Made by a program: the position numbers and the translations under genes. Shown one piece after another: positions 51,524 to 61,207 of a DNA stretch of 64,000 nt. The DNA lies in the NCBI GenBank assembly GCA_035308565.1, contig DATGGK010000269.1, positions 23,656-87,655 on the forward strand. The letters run 5' to 3'. The stretch's first letter is position 1. Every line of letters begins with the position of its first letter. The DNA is from Planctomycetota bacterium. GTDB lineage: Bacteria > Planctomycetota > SZUA-567 > H5-PLA8. A model generated the notes under the pieces. It worked only from the letters and a program-made list of their open reading frames with translations. It had not been told where the DNA came from and made no database searches.

Positions 51524-52648
51524 TCACTTCGCTTTAATCCAAATCACCGTCTGCTGCTCCCCCATCTCGTCATTGAACGTCTGCGTCAACTGCCGCCCTT
51601 TTTGAATGAAAGTCGTGCTAAAGTGATCGAGTTCCCTTGACGCCGTGCTGTCCGACGCGCCCGCGAAAAAATCGATGTCGCAGTCGAACTCCGCGCGCGC
51701 GTCGGTGGCGAATGTGGCCGTGCCGGACGCGAACGCTTTGCGCCGCGTGTTGTCGGCGTTTTGAAATTCGATGCTCATTTTCCCGTCCGCGCATAAGACC
51801 AGCCGCATCGTGTCGTCTTCGCTTTCGTATTCGCCGGTCAAGCCCAGCGGCACCGGCACCATTTTGCGCTGCGCGCTGGCCAGACCGCGCATGAGCGGTT
51901 CCAGCAACGCTGCCAGCGCCAGCTTCGGCGCGGGGTCGATGCGCTTTAGTTTGAATGGCAGGCAAAATTCCTTCACGTCCACCGGCGTTTTCACGTACAC
52001 GTTTCCGTCTTTCACAAAACCGCGCAGATATTGCTTCGCGTTCGTTTCGCGGTCGGGCAGCACCGCGGTGAATTTTCCGTTGTCCGAATTGAATGACCAC
52101 GCCGCCGCATCGCTCGACTCCGGATCGTTGCCTTCAATCTTCAGCGTTCCATCCGCGCGGAAAGTCCAGCGCAACTTTCCCAGCGCCTCCATGTCGATCA
52201 TGAAATTATTTTTCACCGCCTCCGTGTCTTTGATCTCCTCGTTGTTCTCCACCTGCCATTGAAACGCCCAGTCCAGGTCGAGTTGATAGCGCCCCAACAG
52301 CGCCGCTTGCAGCCGCACGCGCCGCGGCAGCGCGTCCAGCACCGCGGGTCTGTTCGCCCACTGCACGCGCTGCCCTTCCAGCCACAATTCCCACAGCACC
52401 GCTTTGGCCGGATCGGCAGTCATCAGTTCGTTGAGCTTTTTCGATTCGTCCATGCGCGCGGCCAGATCGCTCACGGCGATTTTTTCAAGCGCGCTTTGCG
52501 CCGCGCGCAATTCCGCGGCCGTGATCGTCAGCGCATCGCCCGCCGCGGGCGGAAGCGGCGGCGACTCGCCAAACGCGGCACGCGCGAAAAAAACAAGCGC
52601 GCACACCATGATCGCGCGGGTTCGGAGCATGGCATGACTGTAGAACAC
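51524..52648 (-). CDS. Hypothetical secreted protein
   Basis: Signal peptide IMVCALVFFARAAFG. 374 aa; no family recognised. Confidence 0.5.
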   Translation of the reverse strand: MFYSHAMLRTRAIMVCALVFFARAAFGESPPLPPAAGDALTITAAELRAAQSALEKIAVSDLAARMDESKKLNELMTADPAKAVLWELWLEGQRVQWANRPAVLDALPRRVRLQAALLGRYQLDLDWAFQWQVENNEEIKDTEAVKNNFMIDMEALGKLRWTFRADGTLKIEGNDPESSDAAAWSFNSDNGKFTAVLPDRETNAKQYLRGFVKDGNVYVKTPVDVKEFCLPFKLKRIDPAPKLALAALLEPLMRGLASAQRKMVPVPLGLTGEYESEDDTMRLVLCADGKMSIEFQNADNTRRKAFASGTATFATDARAEFDCDIDFFAGASDSTASRELDHFSTTFIQKGRQLTQTFNDEMGEQQTVIWIKAK

Positions 52649-53070
52649 CTTTCGAGCGCGTCAATCCCAAAGTGCCGATTGCCGGTTTCAGGTTGTCTCT
52701 TAAACCGTGTTCTCGCTGCTCTGTTCGAGCCGTTCGGCATTGAGGCGGGCCATGTGAAAATATTTCGCCGTATCGGCGGCGAGAAATGCGGCGAGCGCAA
52801 CCCAGAGCGACGCATGCGCCGGCCGGCCTTGTAAAACGCCTCTAATCGCCAGAGCGGATGGCGGCAACAAGGGCGCACAAACCGACGAATCAAAGTGCCT
52901 TGCTATGAGGAATACGCATGACCGCATTGGCCCAGTGGTCCTATAGGCCCTATAAGCCCTATAAGCCCTATGAATTTGCCCATCGACGCGAACCCTTCCG
53001 CTTTCTTGACTTTCCTCCAGAGTAAACGACAATACGTCGCTCTGATTTTCAGATGGGAAAAAGGAATTAA

Positions 53071-54315
53071 ATGGAAATGGACTCCGCTCTTCGATCGTCA
53101 CTGCTCAAGGCCGCTGAAACGTTTGGCACACCCGTTTATGTCTATGACAAAGCGGTGATTCAAGCTCGCTGCAACGCCCTGCGCAATTGCATCCAGTATT
53201 CGAAAAAGAAACTGCTGTATGCCATGAAAGCCAATTCGAACCAGGCTGTCCTGCGCACGATTCTCGAAGCAGGCTTCGGCGTCGATTGCGTCAGTCTCGG
53301 CGAAGTGCAATTTGCAAAGAAGCTCGGCGCGAGCACCATTCTTTATACGAACAACAACGTAGCGGACGAAGAATTCAAGGCGGTCATCGAACTCTCCAAA
53401 TCCGGCGGCATCTCGATCAATTGCGACAGCTTGCAGCGCCTCGGCGATTTGCCCGAAGGCGGCGCCTGTTTTACGCGCATCAACGGCCCTGTCGGTGGCG
53501 GGCATCATCATCACGTGATCACCGGCGGTCCGGAGAGCAAATTCGGCATTCCGTGGGAACAAGTTCCGCAAATTCTGGAGATTGTGCGCGCGCGGAAACT
53601 GCGGCTGGTGGGCGTCCATCAGCACATCGGCTCAGGCATTCGCGAGGTGTCGAAATTCAAGGAAGCGATGGACGTGCTGCTGACGGTGCTGCGCAAATAC
53701 ACGCTGCCTGATTTGGAATACGTGAATTTTGGCGGCGGGATCGGCGTGCCGTATCGTCCCACCGAGCAGCCGATCAATTTGCAGGAATTCGGTGCGACGC
53801 TGTCCGCGACGTTCAGCTCTTTTTGCAAAGAAGCGGGGCGCGATTTGACACTGATGCTGGAACCGGGCCGCTTTCCGGTCGCGGAATGCGGCTACCTCGT
53901 CGCACGCGTGAACACCATCAAAGAGACACCCTACGAGCGAACATTCGCGGGCGTCGATACCGGATTCAATCATCTGGTGCGGCCAACGATGTACGGCAGC
54001 TATCATCGCATCTCGAATTTGAGCAATCCCGACGGCGCGAAGAAAGAATATTTTGTCGCGGGGAACATTTGCGAAAGCGGCGACATTTTCACGCGCGGCG
54101 ACGGCGACGAAAACATCGCCGCTCCACGCGAATTGCCCGAACTTCGCCGCGGAGATTTGATCGCGTTGCACAATGCCGGCGCGTACGGCTACGTGATGGC
54201 CAGCGAATACAACATGCGCCCGCGGCCGGCGGAAGTGATGCTGGAACATGGGGCGCTGACGTTGGCGAGACGGCGAAAAAGCTTCGAGGAAATCGTCGCT
54301 GAGGCTGCGGCATAA
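53071..54315 (+). CDS. lysA: PLP-dependent fold-III decarboxylase, diaminopimelate decarboxylase-like
   Basis: YAMKANSN (PLP-binding Lys), the HQHIGSG motif, NICESGD, and a 414-aa length match the LysA family. Carboxynorspermidine or ornithine specificity cannot be excluded by eye. Confidence 0.7.
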   Translation: MEMDSALRSSLLKAAETFGTPVYVYDKAVIQARCNALRNCIQYSKKKLLYAMKANSNQAVLRTILEAGFGVDCVSLGEVQFAKKLGASTILYTNNNVADEEFKAVIELSKSGGISINCDSLQRLGDLPEGGACFTRINGPVGGGHHHHVITGGPESKFGIPWEQVPQILEIVRARKLRLVGVHQHIGSGIREVSKFKEAMDVLLTVLRKYTLPDLEYVNFGGGIGVPYRPTEQPINLQEFGATLSATFSSFCKEAGRDLTLMLEPGRFPVAECGYLVARVNTIKETPYERTFAGVDTGFNHLVRPTMYGSYHRISNLSNPDGAKKEYFVAGNICESGDIFTRGDGDENIAAPRELPELRRGDLIALHNAGAYGYVMASEYNMRPRPAEVMLEHGALTLARRRKSFEEIVAEAAA

Positions 54316-54469
54316 TTCGGTTCACGAGGTGCGCTCGTAGGACCTCTCGGCGATTTAGTACGTGTACGTATCAAACTTTTCTTGGAATCCCGACAATAGA
54401 ATGTCGGCTTATCCGTCTACTTAATGTAAGGAGAGAAATGGAGGGGATGGCTCTACAAGGAGAAATCCC

Positions 54470-55087
54470 ATGAAATCGAAATTGTGCATTCTGGCGCTTG
54501 CCGCAATGGCGGCATTTGCAACCCCTGTATTCGCGGATGTGGTCGATGACGCTATTGTTCTGGCGCAAAGCGGTGTAAGTCCCGATGTAATCGTGGCTTG
54601 GTCGCAACACCAGCACATGGGGCCGCTCTCGGCGCAGGACATCCTGCGGCTGAAAAACGCGAAAGTGCCCGATCAGGCGATTGCAGCGATGATCCAAGCT
54701 TCGCAGGCAATGGCGCCCAGTGTCAATGCAGGATACGTTGATACAACGCCGTCCACAACGTATTACTACAACGACTACCCGACCTACTACACTGACGACT
54801 ATCCGTACTACTACAGTGACGGATACCCGTATTACTATGGCGGATATCCTTATTACGGCTACGGATGGGGCCCGTCATTCGGCCTAAACTTTGGTTTTGG
54901 CGGCGGCCATGACCACGGCTTCCGCAGCGGAAGCGGATTCCGAAGCGGAACTGGGTTCACGAGCGGCGGCCGGACATTTAGCGGCAGCGGCCGGAGCTTC
55001 AGTAGCGGCGGTACGCGGAGCTTCAGCGGCGGTACGCGAAGCGGCGGTTTCGCCCATGGCGGCGGCGGCGGCGGCCGGCATCGGTAA
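54470..55087 (+). CDS. Secreted low-complexity protein, Tyr/Pro/Gly-rich then Gly/Ser/Phe/Arg-rich
   Basis: Signal peptide, a small folded N-domain, then YYYNDYPTYYTDDYPYYYSDGYPYYYGGYPYYGYGWG and GFRSGSGFRSGTGFTSGGRTFSGSG repeats. Confidence 0.5.
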   Translation: MKSKLCILALAAMAAFATPVFADVVDDAIVLAQSGVSPDVIVAWSQHQHMGPLSAQDILRLKNAKVPDQAIAAMIQASQAMAPSVNAGYVDTTPSTTYYYNDYPTYYTDDYPYYYSDGYPYYYGGYPYYGYGWGPSFGLNFGFGGGHDHGFRSGSGFRSGTGFTSGGRTFSGSGRSFSSGGTRSFSGGTRSGGFAHGGGGGGRHR

Positions 55088-55121
55088 CGGTAACGGTCAG
55101 TAAAGTCGAGCCAAACGAATT

Positions 55122-55151
55122 GGCCACGTCCCTTGGACGTGGCCTTTTTTT
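55122..55151 (+). terminator. Rho-independent terminator (GGCCACGTCC-ctt-GGACGTGGCC then T7)
   Basis: Perfect 10-bp stem followed by TTTTTTT. Confidence 0.7.
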
Positions 55152-55188
55152 ATGCTCATGATAAGCTGAGTTCCGAAAAGGAAAGCCT

Positions 55189-55578
55189 ATGAGCCAAATC
55201 GATGCACAGCGGCCCGGCGGTCCGGTCGAAACATTTGCCAACCGCCATCCCGAACGCGACTACGAGATCAAGATCGTCGCGCCGGAGTTCACGGCCGTCT
55301 GCCCCAAGACGGGCCAGCCGGATTTTGCGACGCTGACGCTCACCTACATGCCGGACGAATTGTGTCTGGAATTGAAGAGCTACAAGCTGTACCTGCAGAG
55401 CTATCGCAACCGCGGTATTTATCACGAGCACGTGACCAACACGATCCTCAACGATCTGGTGAAAAGCTGCCGCCCGCGGCGCATGACGCTGGTCGGCGAA
55501 TTTAATGCGCGCGGCGGAATCGCGACCACCGTGACGGCGCACTATCCGGCGGCGAAGAGTGCGAACCCGGCGGCGTGA
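55189..55578 (+). CDS. queF: NADPH-dependent 7-cyano-7-deazaguanine reductase (preQ0 reductase), type I
   Basis: [49 protein letters not shown] contains the QueF Cys and E(S/L)KSxK motifs. 129 aa. Confidence 0.85.
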   Translation: MSQIDAQRPGGPVETFANRHPERDYEIKIVAPEFTAVCPKTGQPDFATLTLTYMPDELCLELKSYKLYLQSYRNRGIYHEHVTNTILNDLVKSCRPRRMTLVGEFNARGGIATTVTAHYPAAKSANPAA

Positions 55579-55583
55579 ATTTA

Positions 55584-56552
55584 TCACTCTGGGTCGGGTG
55601 CCGGAATGGCGACATTTCGGCCACTGCGATAATAGTTGCAGATTCTCAGAATCAAATATCGCCGCGCCTTGGGAAGATTCCAACTGCGATAATCGTACGC
55701 CTGCAGAAGATTTTCGGTTTCAGTCGCATTCAATACGCCCAGGAAATGCAGGGGCGTCCAAATGCTGCCCCATTTTTTCGCTTCGGCTCGGTGTTCCTCA
55801 GCCGTCGCGTCGTCTTTAAGCTCCTCTTTCGCATAAGCCATCATGTAGAGATGGTATTCTGGATTGAAGACGCTCCAGCGTGCCGCGCAAATCAATCCGC
55901 CAATTGCCAGCAACGACGCGACGAGTCCAAGTTGGCCGATGCGCTTGCGGCGGCGCCAGAGTTCGAAACAGGCGCCCAGAAGCACACCGGCGACGAGGCC
56001 GCCGAAGTGGCCCCAGTTATCCATGCGAAAAATGCCGAGGATACCGATGCCGAGTAGGATGAGGATGTTGTAAACCTCCGCCCGAACCTGCGAATTGCGC
56101 CAGGCATTTTTCGGAACAGGGCAATTGAGCGCGGAGACGGCCAGATGCGCGCCCATGATTCCACAGAGCGAACCCGACGCTCCGACGGCTGTGTTCCCGC
56201 CGAAGATCTGGCTCAGGCAGATGCCGGTCGCGCCGCTGAGAAGGTAGATGGTGCCGTAGTTGGCGGTGCCGAAATAAACTTCGGCCGCCGGACCGACACG
56301 CCAGAGAAAGAACATGTTCATACCGATGTGCCAGGCGCCGACGTGGAGGAACATCGGCGCGATCAGGCGCACCCATTCCCCTTCCCAAAGCAGTTCGCGC
56401 TGGCTGGCGCCCAACCCGGAGAGCACCGGCGAACTGATGTCCATGATGTTTTTCGAATAGACCGCGCAAACGGCATAGAGGGCCACGTTCGCGACGAGCA
56501 CGACGACCGTGAAAGGCGCGACGGAGCCGAGCGTTTCGTTCCCGCGCCTCAT
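55584..56552 (-). CDS. Rhomboid family intramembrane serine protease with a C-terminal soluble extension
   Basis: The GASGSLCGIMGA catalytic Ser motif and the NWGHFGGLVAG catalytic His in a 6-TM core. Confidence 0.8.
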   Translation of the reverse strand: MRRGNETLGSVAPFTVVVLVANVALYAVCAVYSKNIMDISSPVLSGLGASQRELLWEGEWVRLIAPMFLHVGAWHIGMNMFFLWRVGPAAEVYFGTANYGTIYLLSGATGICLSQIFGGNTAVGASGSLCGIMGAHLAVSALNCPVPKNAWRNSQVRAEVYNILILLGIGILGIFRMDNWGHFGGLVAGVLLGACFELWRRRKRIGQLGLVASLLAIGGLICAARWSVFNPEYHLYMMAYAKEELKDDATAEEHRAEAKKWGSIWTPLHFLGVLNATETENLLQAYDYRSWNLPKARRYLILRICNYYRSGRNVAIPAPDPE

Positions 56553-57445
56553 GGATTCTTGGACCTCGCTCGAATCCGCGATTGTGCGAACAGTTTCAGC
56601 GCGGTGAACCAGACGGGCGCGGAAAAAAGCAGGCCGATCATCGTAGTGACAATCATGACTGTATTGCGCGCGTCTTCTTCGGTGAAGTTTTTATAGAAGT
56701 CGCCCTGCTTGCGCAACAGCTCGAGGTCAACCGGAATGGGCAAGCCCAGTGCAATGGTCAACGGCATGCAGACGACGATCGCAAATGCGGCCGAGAGAAA
56801 AACATGGTACGGACCGCGCCGCATCTGGCGCATGAGCATAAAAAGTCCGAAGATGAGCGGAATGTCGAAGGCGAACACGGTCCACGGCGGCCGCGCCAGG
56901 CCAGGTTCAAGGGACTTGCTGAATGCGAGTTCCAGATTATTGACCGTCAGCGCCACCAGCCATCCGGCGGTGAGCATGGTCATGAAAATGCTGACCATGC
57001 GCCAGATGCCGTCGGACTTGCCTGCTGCGGCCAGAAGCACGGCGGCGTTGGCCTCGCGGCGCTTTTTTTCCTCTTCGCGGCGCAGCTCGTCATCCAGCAA
57101 TTCGCCGCAGTAGCGGCATTTTTTTGCGGCGGCAAGAATGCGTTCGGCGCAATACGGGCAGCGCTTGGTCGGTTCCGGTTGCGGAGAATCGGGCACTTTG
57201 GCGATGACGGCAGGAACTGGTTCGGGCGGCGCGGACTGAGGAGAATCGGGGACGACGCTGATTTTTTCCGGAGTGTTGGATGGTGACGGTTCCGCCGCGT
57301 CGCGCGTGGTTGATTCGCGCGACGCGGCCGGCGCCGGAATTAGCATCTTCAACTGGCAGCCAGGACAAGTGGTGCTCATCCCGGCGTATTGTTCCTGCGC
57401 GAATAGAGCCTTGCCGCAGGACGAACATTTAAATTCAATGGCCAT
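56549..57445 (-). CDS. Membrane protein with N- and C-terminal zinc-ribbon-like CxxC pairs
   Basis: CSSCGK...CPGCQ at the N-terminus, CPYCAE...CRYCGE near the C-terminus, and 3-4 TM helices. Confidence 0.5.
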   Translation of the reverse strand: MAIEFKCSSCGKALFAQEQYAGMSTTCPGCQLKMLIPAPAASRESTTRDAAEPSPSNTPEKISVVPDSPQSAPPEPVPAVIAKVPDSPQPEPTKRCPYCAERILAAAKKCRYCGELLDDELRREEEKKRREANAAVLLAAAGKSDGIWRMVSIFMTMLTAGWLVALTVNNLELAFSKSLEPGLARPPWTVFAFDIPLIFGLFMLMRQMRRGPYHVFLSAAFAIVVCMPLTIALGLPIPVDLELLRKQGDFYKNFTEEDARNTVMIVTTMIGLLFSAPVWFTALKLFAQSRIRARSKNP

Positions 57446-57454
57446 GCAGCGTCG

Positions 57455-57820
57455 TCAGTTCTTGCCCTTTTTCGCCGGTTTTTCTTCGTTGATCGACGTG
57501 ACCTTCACGCTGGTATTGTCCGTCGCCAGCAAACCGCTCACGCTGACCGTGGTGTGTTTGGCCAACAATGTCGCGATTGAGTTTTTAACGTCTTTGTCTT
57601 CGGCGTAAAGCACAAGTTGCTTCGGGCCGTCTTTGTTGTTTTTGTCCGGCTTGACATGCACGACGCCCAAGCCCGCGCCTTGCGACGCGCCGAGCGTGCC
57701 CATCCACGTGCCTTCCGTGCCCGCCGGAGGTTTCGCGTCGGCCGGCTTGACCTCCGTCGCACTTGCAGAACCGAGGAAAACTGCCAACATCAATGGAACC
57801 GCACACAACAATGCTTTCAT
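57455..57820 (-). CDS. Small secreted hypothetical protein
   Basis: ATG at 57820 with signal peptide MKALLCAVPLMLAVFLGSASA. Confidence 0.45.
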   Translation of the reverse strand: MKALLCAVPLMLAVFLGSASATEVKPADAKPPAGTEGTWMGTLGASQGAGLGVVHVKPDKNNKDGPKQLVLYAEDKDVKNSIATLLAKHTTVSVSGLLATDNTSVKVTSINEEKPAKKGKN

Positions 57821-58005
57821 TGCCACACTCCTTATATAATGAGAGCACGAATTGGAGCAAGCCAATGCGATGCGACAATCCGCGCAAAAATCTTCTTTCT
57901 AGTAAGTATACTTTTTTTGGGCGTTTATTGCAAAATTCTGCGAAAATCGCGAAGCGACACAGATGATGATTACAATAACGTCATTTTTAAGGAGACCTCC
58001 CTCTC

Positions 58006-58659
58006 ATGTTCACAGGCCTGATTCAACACGTTGGAACACTGATTTCAATCGCGCCCGACCACGCTGGCGGCGCGCAGCTTGCCATCGATCTTGGCCCGCT
58101 CGCTCGCGACGCCAAACCGGGCGATTCAATTGCGGTCGAAGGCTGCTGCCTGACCCTCGCGCGGCTTGGCGGAACACGTGCCGATTTCGATGCAGTCCCC
58201 GAGACGTTGAAGCGGACGACCCTCGGCGCGCTGAAATCGGGAGCGCCCGTAAATCTGGAATGTTCGCTGACGCCCAGCGCAAAACTCGGCGGCCATTTCG
58301 TGCAAGGCCACGTCGACGGCACCGCGCATGTCACTCGGATTGTCGAAGGCGGCCGCTGGGCCGAATGGCATTTCGAACTCGACGACAAAACGCTTTCCGA
58401 GCAGGTCGTCGAAAAAGGCAGCGTCGCCATCGATGGCATCAGTCTGACAGTCGCCGGATGCGACGCGCCTGCAGGCACGTTCTGGGTGGCGCTCATTCCC
58501 GAAACGCTGGCGCGCACGACCATCGCCTCAAAACGCGAAAGCGCGCGCGTCAACGTTGAGACGGATATTCTTGGAAAATATGTCCTCGCGGCGCTGAATG
58601 CGCGCCCGCCGCGCGCGAGCGGGATCACAGAGGAAAAGCTGCGGGAGATGGGGTATTAA
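58006..58659 (+). CDS. ribE: Riboflavin synthase (alpha chain)
   Basis: MFTGLIQHVGTLISI...GDSIAVEGCCLTL and the second lumazine-binding repeat GSVAIDGISLTV. 217 aa. Confidence 0.85.
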   Translation: MFTGLIQHVGTLISIAPDHAGGAQLAIDLGPLARDAKPGDSIAVEGCCLTLARLGGTRADFDAVPETLKRTTLGALKSGAPVNLECSLTPSAKLGGHFVQGHVDGTAHVTRIVEGGRWAEWHFELDDKTLSEQVVEKGSVAIDGISLTVAGCDAPAGTFWVALIPETLARTTIASKRESARVNVETDILGKYVLAALNARPPRASGITEEKLREMGY

Positions 58660-58854
58660 TCGCTCAGACTTCGGACCCATTGGACCTATAGGTCCTATTT
58701 ATTGCGCAACGCGCCACGATAATCGAAGAGAATCTCCAAAATCGCCCGCGCCGCATAACGCCTTCTTCATCCAGAATTCCATTGACGCCCACGCCCTTCG
58801 CATTAAACTTTGCGCAACAAAGTGAAACCGCGCACCTTCTCACGAGGAGACTCC

Positions 58855-59463
58855 GTGCTCATTCCCGGTCCGATGGCTCAATCTGAAGCATTGCGCGCGC
58901 TGGCCGACATCCGCGCCGTGATCGACCGCACCGCGCGCTACTCGACCTTCTCGGCGCTCTCTGGATTTCTCGCGGGCGGCGCGGCGCTGGCGGGCAGCGG
59001 CGGCTGCGGCTACTTCGCGCAATTTCCAGGCGCGCAGGATACGGACGGGAAGGCGTACTTTCTGGTGTGGTCGGGCGTGTTTGCGTTTGCGGCGCTGCAA
59101 TGGTTGATTTTGACTTGGCTGAAAGCGCGCAGCCGCGGCGAATCCATGTGGACGCCGATCGCGCGCACGGCCTTCAACGCAATGCTCGGTCCGGGACTCG
59201 CCGGAATTTTCGCCAGCATCGTCCTATTCGCTTCGAACGGTTACCAATACTTGGCGGGATTGTGGCTGCTCCTGTACGGCTGCGGGTTGTGGGCGGTGAG
59301 TTTTTTCGCGCCGGTGTTTTTGCGCTGGCTGGGCCTGGCATTCATTTGCCTGGGCTGCTGCGCCTGGGTGAAGACGACCGATCCGGGTTTTTGGCTCGGC
59401 ATCGGTTTCGGCGGATTGCATTTGATCTTCGGCATCGTTGTTCTGGCGAGGTACCAAAAATGA
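58855..59463 (+). CDS. Hypothetical membrane protein; first gene of a two-gene unit with the HTH regulator
   Basis: Probable GTG at 58855, 5 nt after GAGGAG; the track begins at a TTG at 58810. Four hydrophobic segments. The stop overlaps the next start (ATGA). Confidence 0.45.
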   Translation: MLIPGPMAQSEALRALADIRAVIDRTARYSTFSALSGFLAGGAALAGSGGCGYFAQFPGAQDTDGKAYFLVWSGVFAFAALQWLILTWLKARSRGESMWTPIARTAFNAMLGPGLAGIFASIVLFASNGYQYLAGLWLLLYGCGLWAVSFFAPVFLRWLGLAFICLGCCAWVKTTDPGFWLGIGFGGLHLIFGIVVLARYQK

Positions 59464-59849
59464 AAACACTGCAACTCGATTTTCCCGCCAAAGCGCACGC
59501 GCCGCGGCATCACGACAAGACTTCGGTGAAGGCCATGAAACATCTCGATCTGGTCGATCTCGACCCCGTGATCCACGAGCGCACTCGGCTCTCGATTCTC
59601 ACCGCGCTCTTCACCAGCCGCGAGCCCGGCTGCTCGTTCTCCGACCTGCGCAACATGCTCTCGCTCACCGACGGCAATCTGCTCGCACACCTGCGCACGC
59701 TTGAACAAGCCGCGTTCATCGAGCGCATCAAGGCCGGCGCGGGGCGCGGCAGCATGACCACCATTCAACTCAGCGCGCATGGGCGCAAAGCGTTTCGCAA
59801 ATACCTCGACCAGCTCGAATCGTTGGTGCGCTCGGCAAGAGGCGAATGA
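59460..59849 (+). CDS. Winged-helix transcriptional regulator (HTH_34-like)
   Basis: IHERTRLSILTALFTSREPGCSFSDLRNMLSLTDGNLLAHLRTLEQAAFIER fits the HTH_34 winged-helix consensus. 129 aa. Confidence 0.6.
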   Translation: MKTLQLDFPAKAHAPRHHDKTSVKAMKHLDLVDLDPVIHERTRLSILTALFTSREPGCSFSDLRNMLSLTDGNLLAHLRTLEQAAFIERIKAGAGRGSMTTIQLSAHGRKAFRKYLDQLESLVRSARGE

Positions 59850-59895
59850 ACGTAAATTCATAATTCGGCTCATACGGCCAAATCAGCGACCCGTG

Positions 59896-59916
59896 GTGCA
59901 GGCGTCTCGCCTGCAC
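59896..59916 (+). terminator. Hairpin GTGCAGGCG-tct-CGCCTGCAC after the regulator gene; same core as the first hairpin at 48548
   Basis: Perfect 9-bp stem, followed by the TTCAAG-repeat element. Confidence 0.4.
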
Positions 59917-59997
59917 GATTCAAGTTTCAAGACTCAAGATTTCAAAGTCACGATTTTCGATCCAAGGTTTCAAGCTTAAAGGCATGGCATTCGAATT

Positions 59998-60609
59998 ATG
60001 ATTACAACACTTGTTCAATCCGCTCCGCAAGAAAGTGTTTTGAAAGCGCCCGCGCGCGCCACAACTGGCGCAGCCCCGCGGCATCTCGCGATCGCGCTGG
60101 GCGCAGGCGCGGGTACGCAGTCCCCGTCGCTGCACACGGCCGCGGCGGCCCTGCACGCCGTCGCTGAAGGCTGCGCCGAACGCGGTGTCGCGGCGCTCAC
60201 GCTGCTGCGCCCCGCCGGGGAAACGGAGATCTTCGAAGCGGCCCTGGCCTCGTTTCCGCCAATGGGCGTGGCGCTCAATCTCGCGTCTGAACGCGACGGC
60301 CGCGCCGAATTGCTCAGCGCTGTGCGCGAGCTCGCGTTGCGCGCTCAACGCGGCGAGTTATCCGCCGGCGCTATTGACGCGCGCATGATCGAAAGCAAAC
60401 TCAGCACGCGCGGCCTGCCCGCCGTCGATTTGCTGATCGCCACCGGCGGCGGCGAAAAACTCTGCGGCGCGCTGCTGTGGCAATGCGCCTATGCGGAATT
60501 GCTTTTTCTGGACGTGCCGTGGTTCGATTTCACGCGCGCGCATTTCGACGCCGCGCTCGCGGATTATGCGCGGCGCTGCCGAAAATTCGGAGGATTGAGC
60601 GCACTCTAA
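59998..60609 (+). CDS. Degenerate isoprenyl transferase (UppS/cis-prenyltransferase) homologue lacking the catalytic motifs
   Basis: The C-terminus VDLLIATGGGEKLCGALLWQCAYAELLFLDVPWFDFTRAHFDAALADYARRCRKFGG aligns with UppS [57 protein letters not shown]. The N-terminal HLAIALGAGAGT replaces HVAIIMDGNGRWA. Confidence 0.55.
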   Translation: MITTLVQSAPQESVLKAPARATTGAAPRHLAIALGAGAGTQSPSLHTAAAALHAVAEGCAERGVAALTLLRPAGETEIFEAALASFPPMGVALNLASERDGRAELLSAVRELALRAQRGELSAGAIDARMIESKLSTRGLPAVDLLIATGGGEKLCGALLWQCAYAELLFLDVPWFDFTRAHFDAALADYARRCRKFGGLSAL

Positions 60610-60664
60610 ATGACTTCGCAATTGCTCCGAGCGCGAAGCGCTTGAACCGCCGTTTACTCAGGAC

Positions 60665-61207
60665 TCAGCACTCAGCACCGAGCACCCATTCCACTGCTTC
60701 GCTCAGCATCCGAAACATCGCGTCCGGCCGATGCTCCGGCCGCAGCTTCTCGCGCTCCGGCAATTTCTCGCGGCACAAAATCGTGCGGCATCCCGCCGCC
60801 GCGCCCATTTCGATGTCGCGCCCCGAATCGCCGATCATCACGCTCTGTCTGGGATCGAGACCGTGTTCGGAACACGCGCGCAGAATCATCTCCGGCGACG
60901 GCTTGCGGCACACGCAGCGCTCATCGGGATGGTGCGGACAAAAATAAATCGCGTCCAGCGCATCCACGCCAAGTTCGCGCTGCATGTTCGCGTGAATTTC
61001 GTGAAGTGCGTCGAGCGTCATCAACCCGCGCCCGACGCCGCTTTGGTTGGTCGCCAACGACAGAAAATAGCCGGCGTCGCGCAACCGCCGCAGATTTTCG
61101 CGGATGCCGGGGATGAATTGAAATTCGCTCCAGCTCAGCACGAAGCGGTCCGCGCCAGGGAATTGGTTTACGACGCCGTCGCGGTCGAGGAAAATAGCTT
61201 TCTTCAA
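60665..61207 (-). CDS. gmhB: D-glycero-beta-D-manno-heptose-1,7-bisphosphate 7-phosphatase (HAD IIIA)
   Basis: FLDRDGVVN, SLATNQSG, and the CxHxxxxxCxCRKP zinc motif (CPHHPDERCVCRKPS). 180 aa. Confidence 0.8.
   Translation of the reverse strand: MKKAIFLDRDGVVNQFPGADRFVLSWSEFQFIPGIRENLRRLRDAGYFLSLATNQSGVGRGLMTLDALHEIHANMQRELGVDALDAIYFCPHHPDERCVCRKPSPEMILRACSEHGLDPRQSVMIGDSGRDIEMGAAAGCRTILCREKLPEREKLRPEHRPDAMFRMLSEAVEWVLGAEC

Noticed and set aside
52900-53070. Looked for a lysine riboswitch upstream of the lysA-like gene
   Set aside because: No L-box-like conserved helices or motifs. The region holds only the REP-like repeat array and a sigma70-like TTGACT region.
55088-55188. Looked for a preQ1 riboswitch upstream of queF
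   Set aside because: The region consists of the upstream gene's Rho-independent terminator and a short leader. No preQ1-I/II aptamer pattern is present.
57866-58005. Looked for an FMN riboswitch upstream of ribE
   Set aside because: No FMN-element conserved stems are present. ribE stands alone, without ribDBH.
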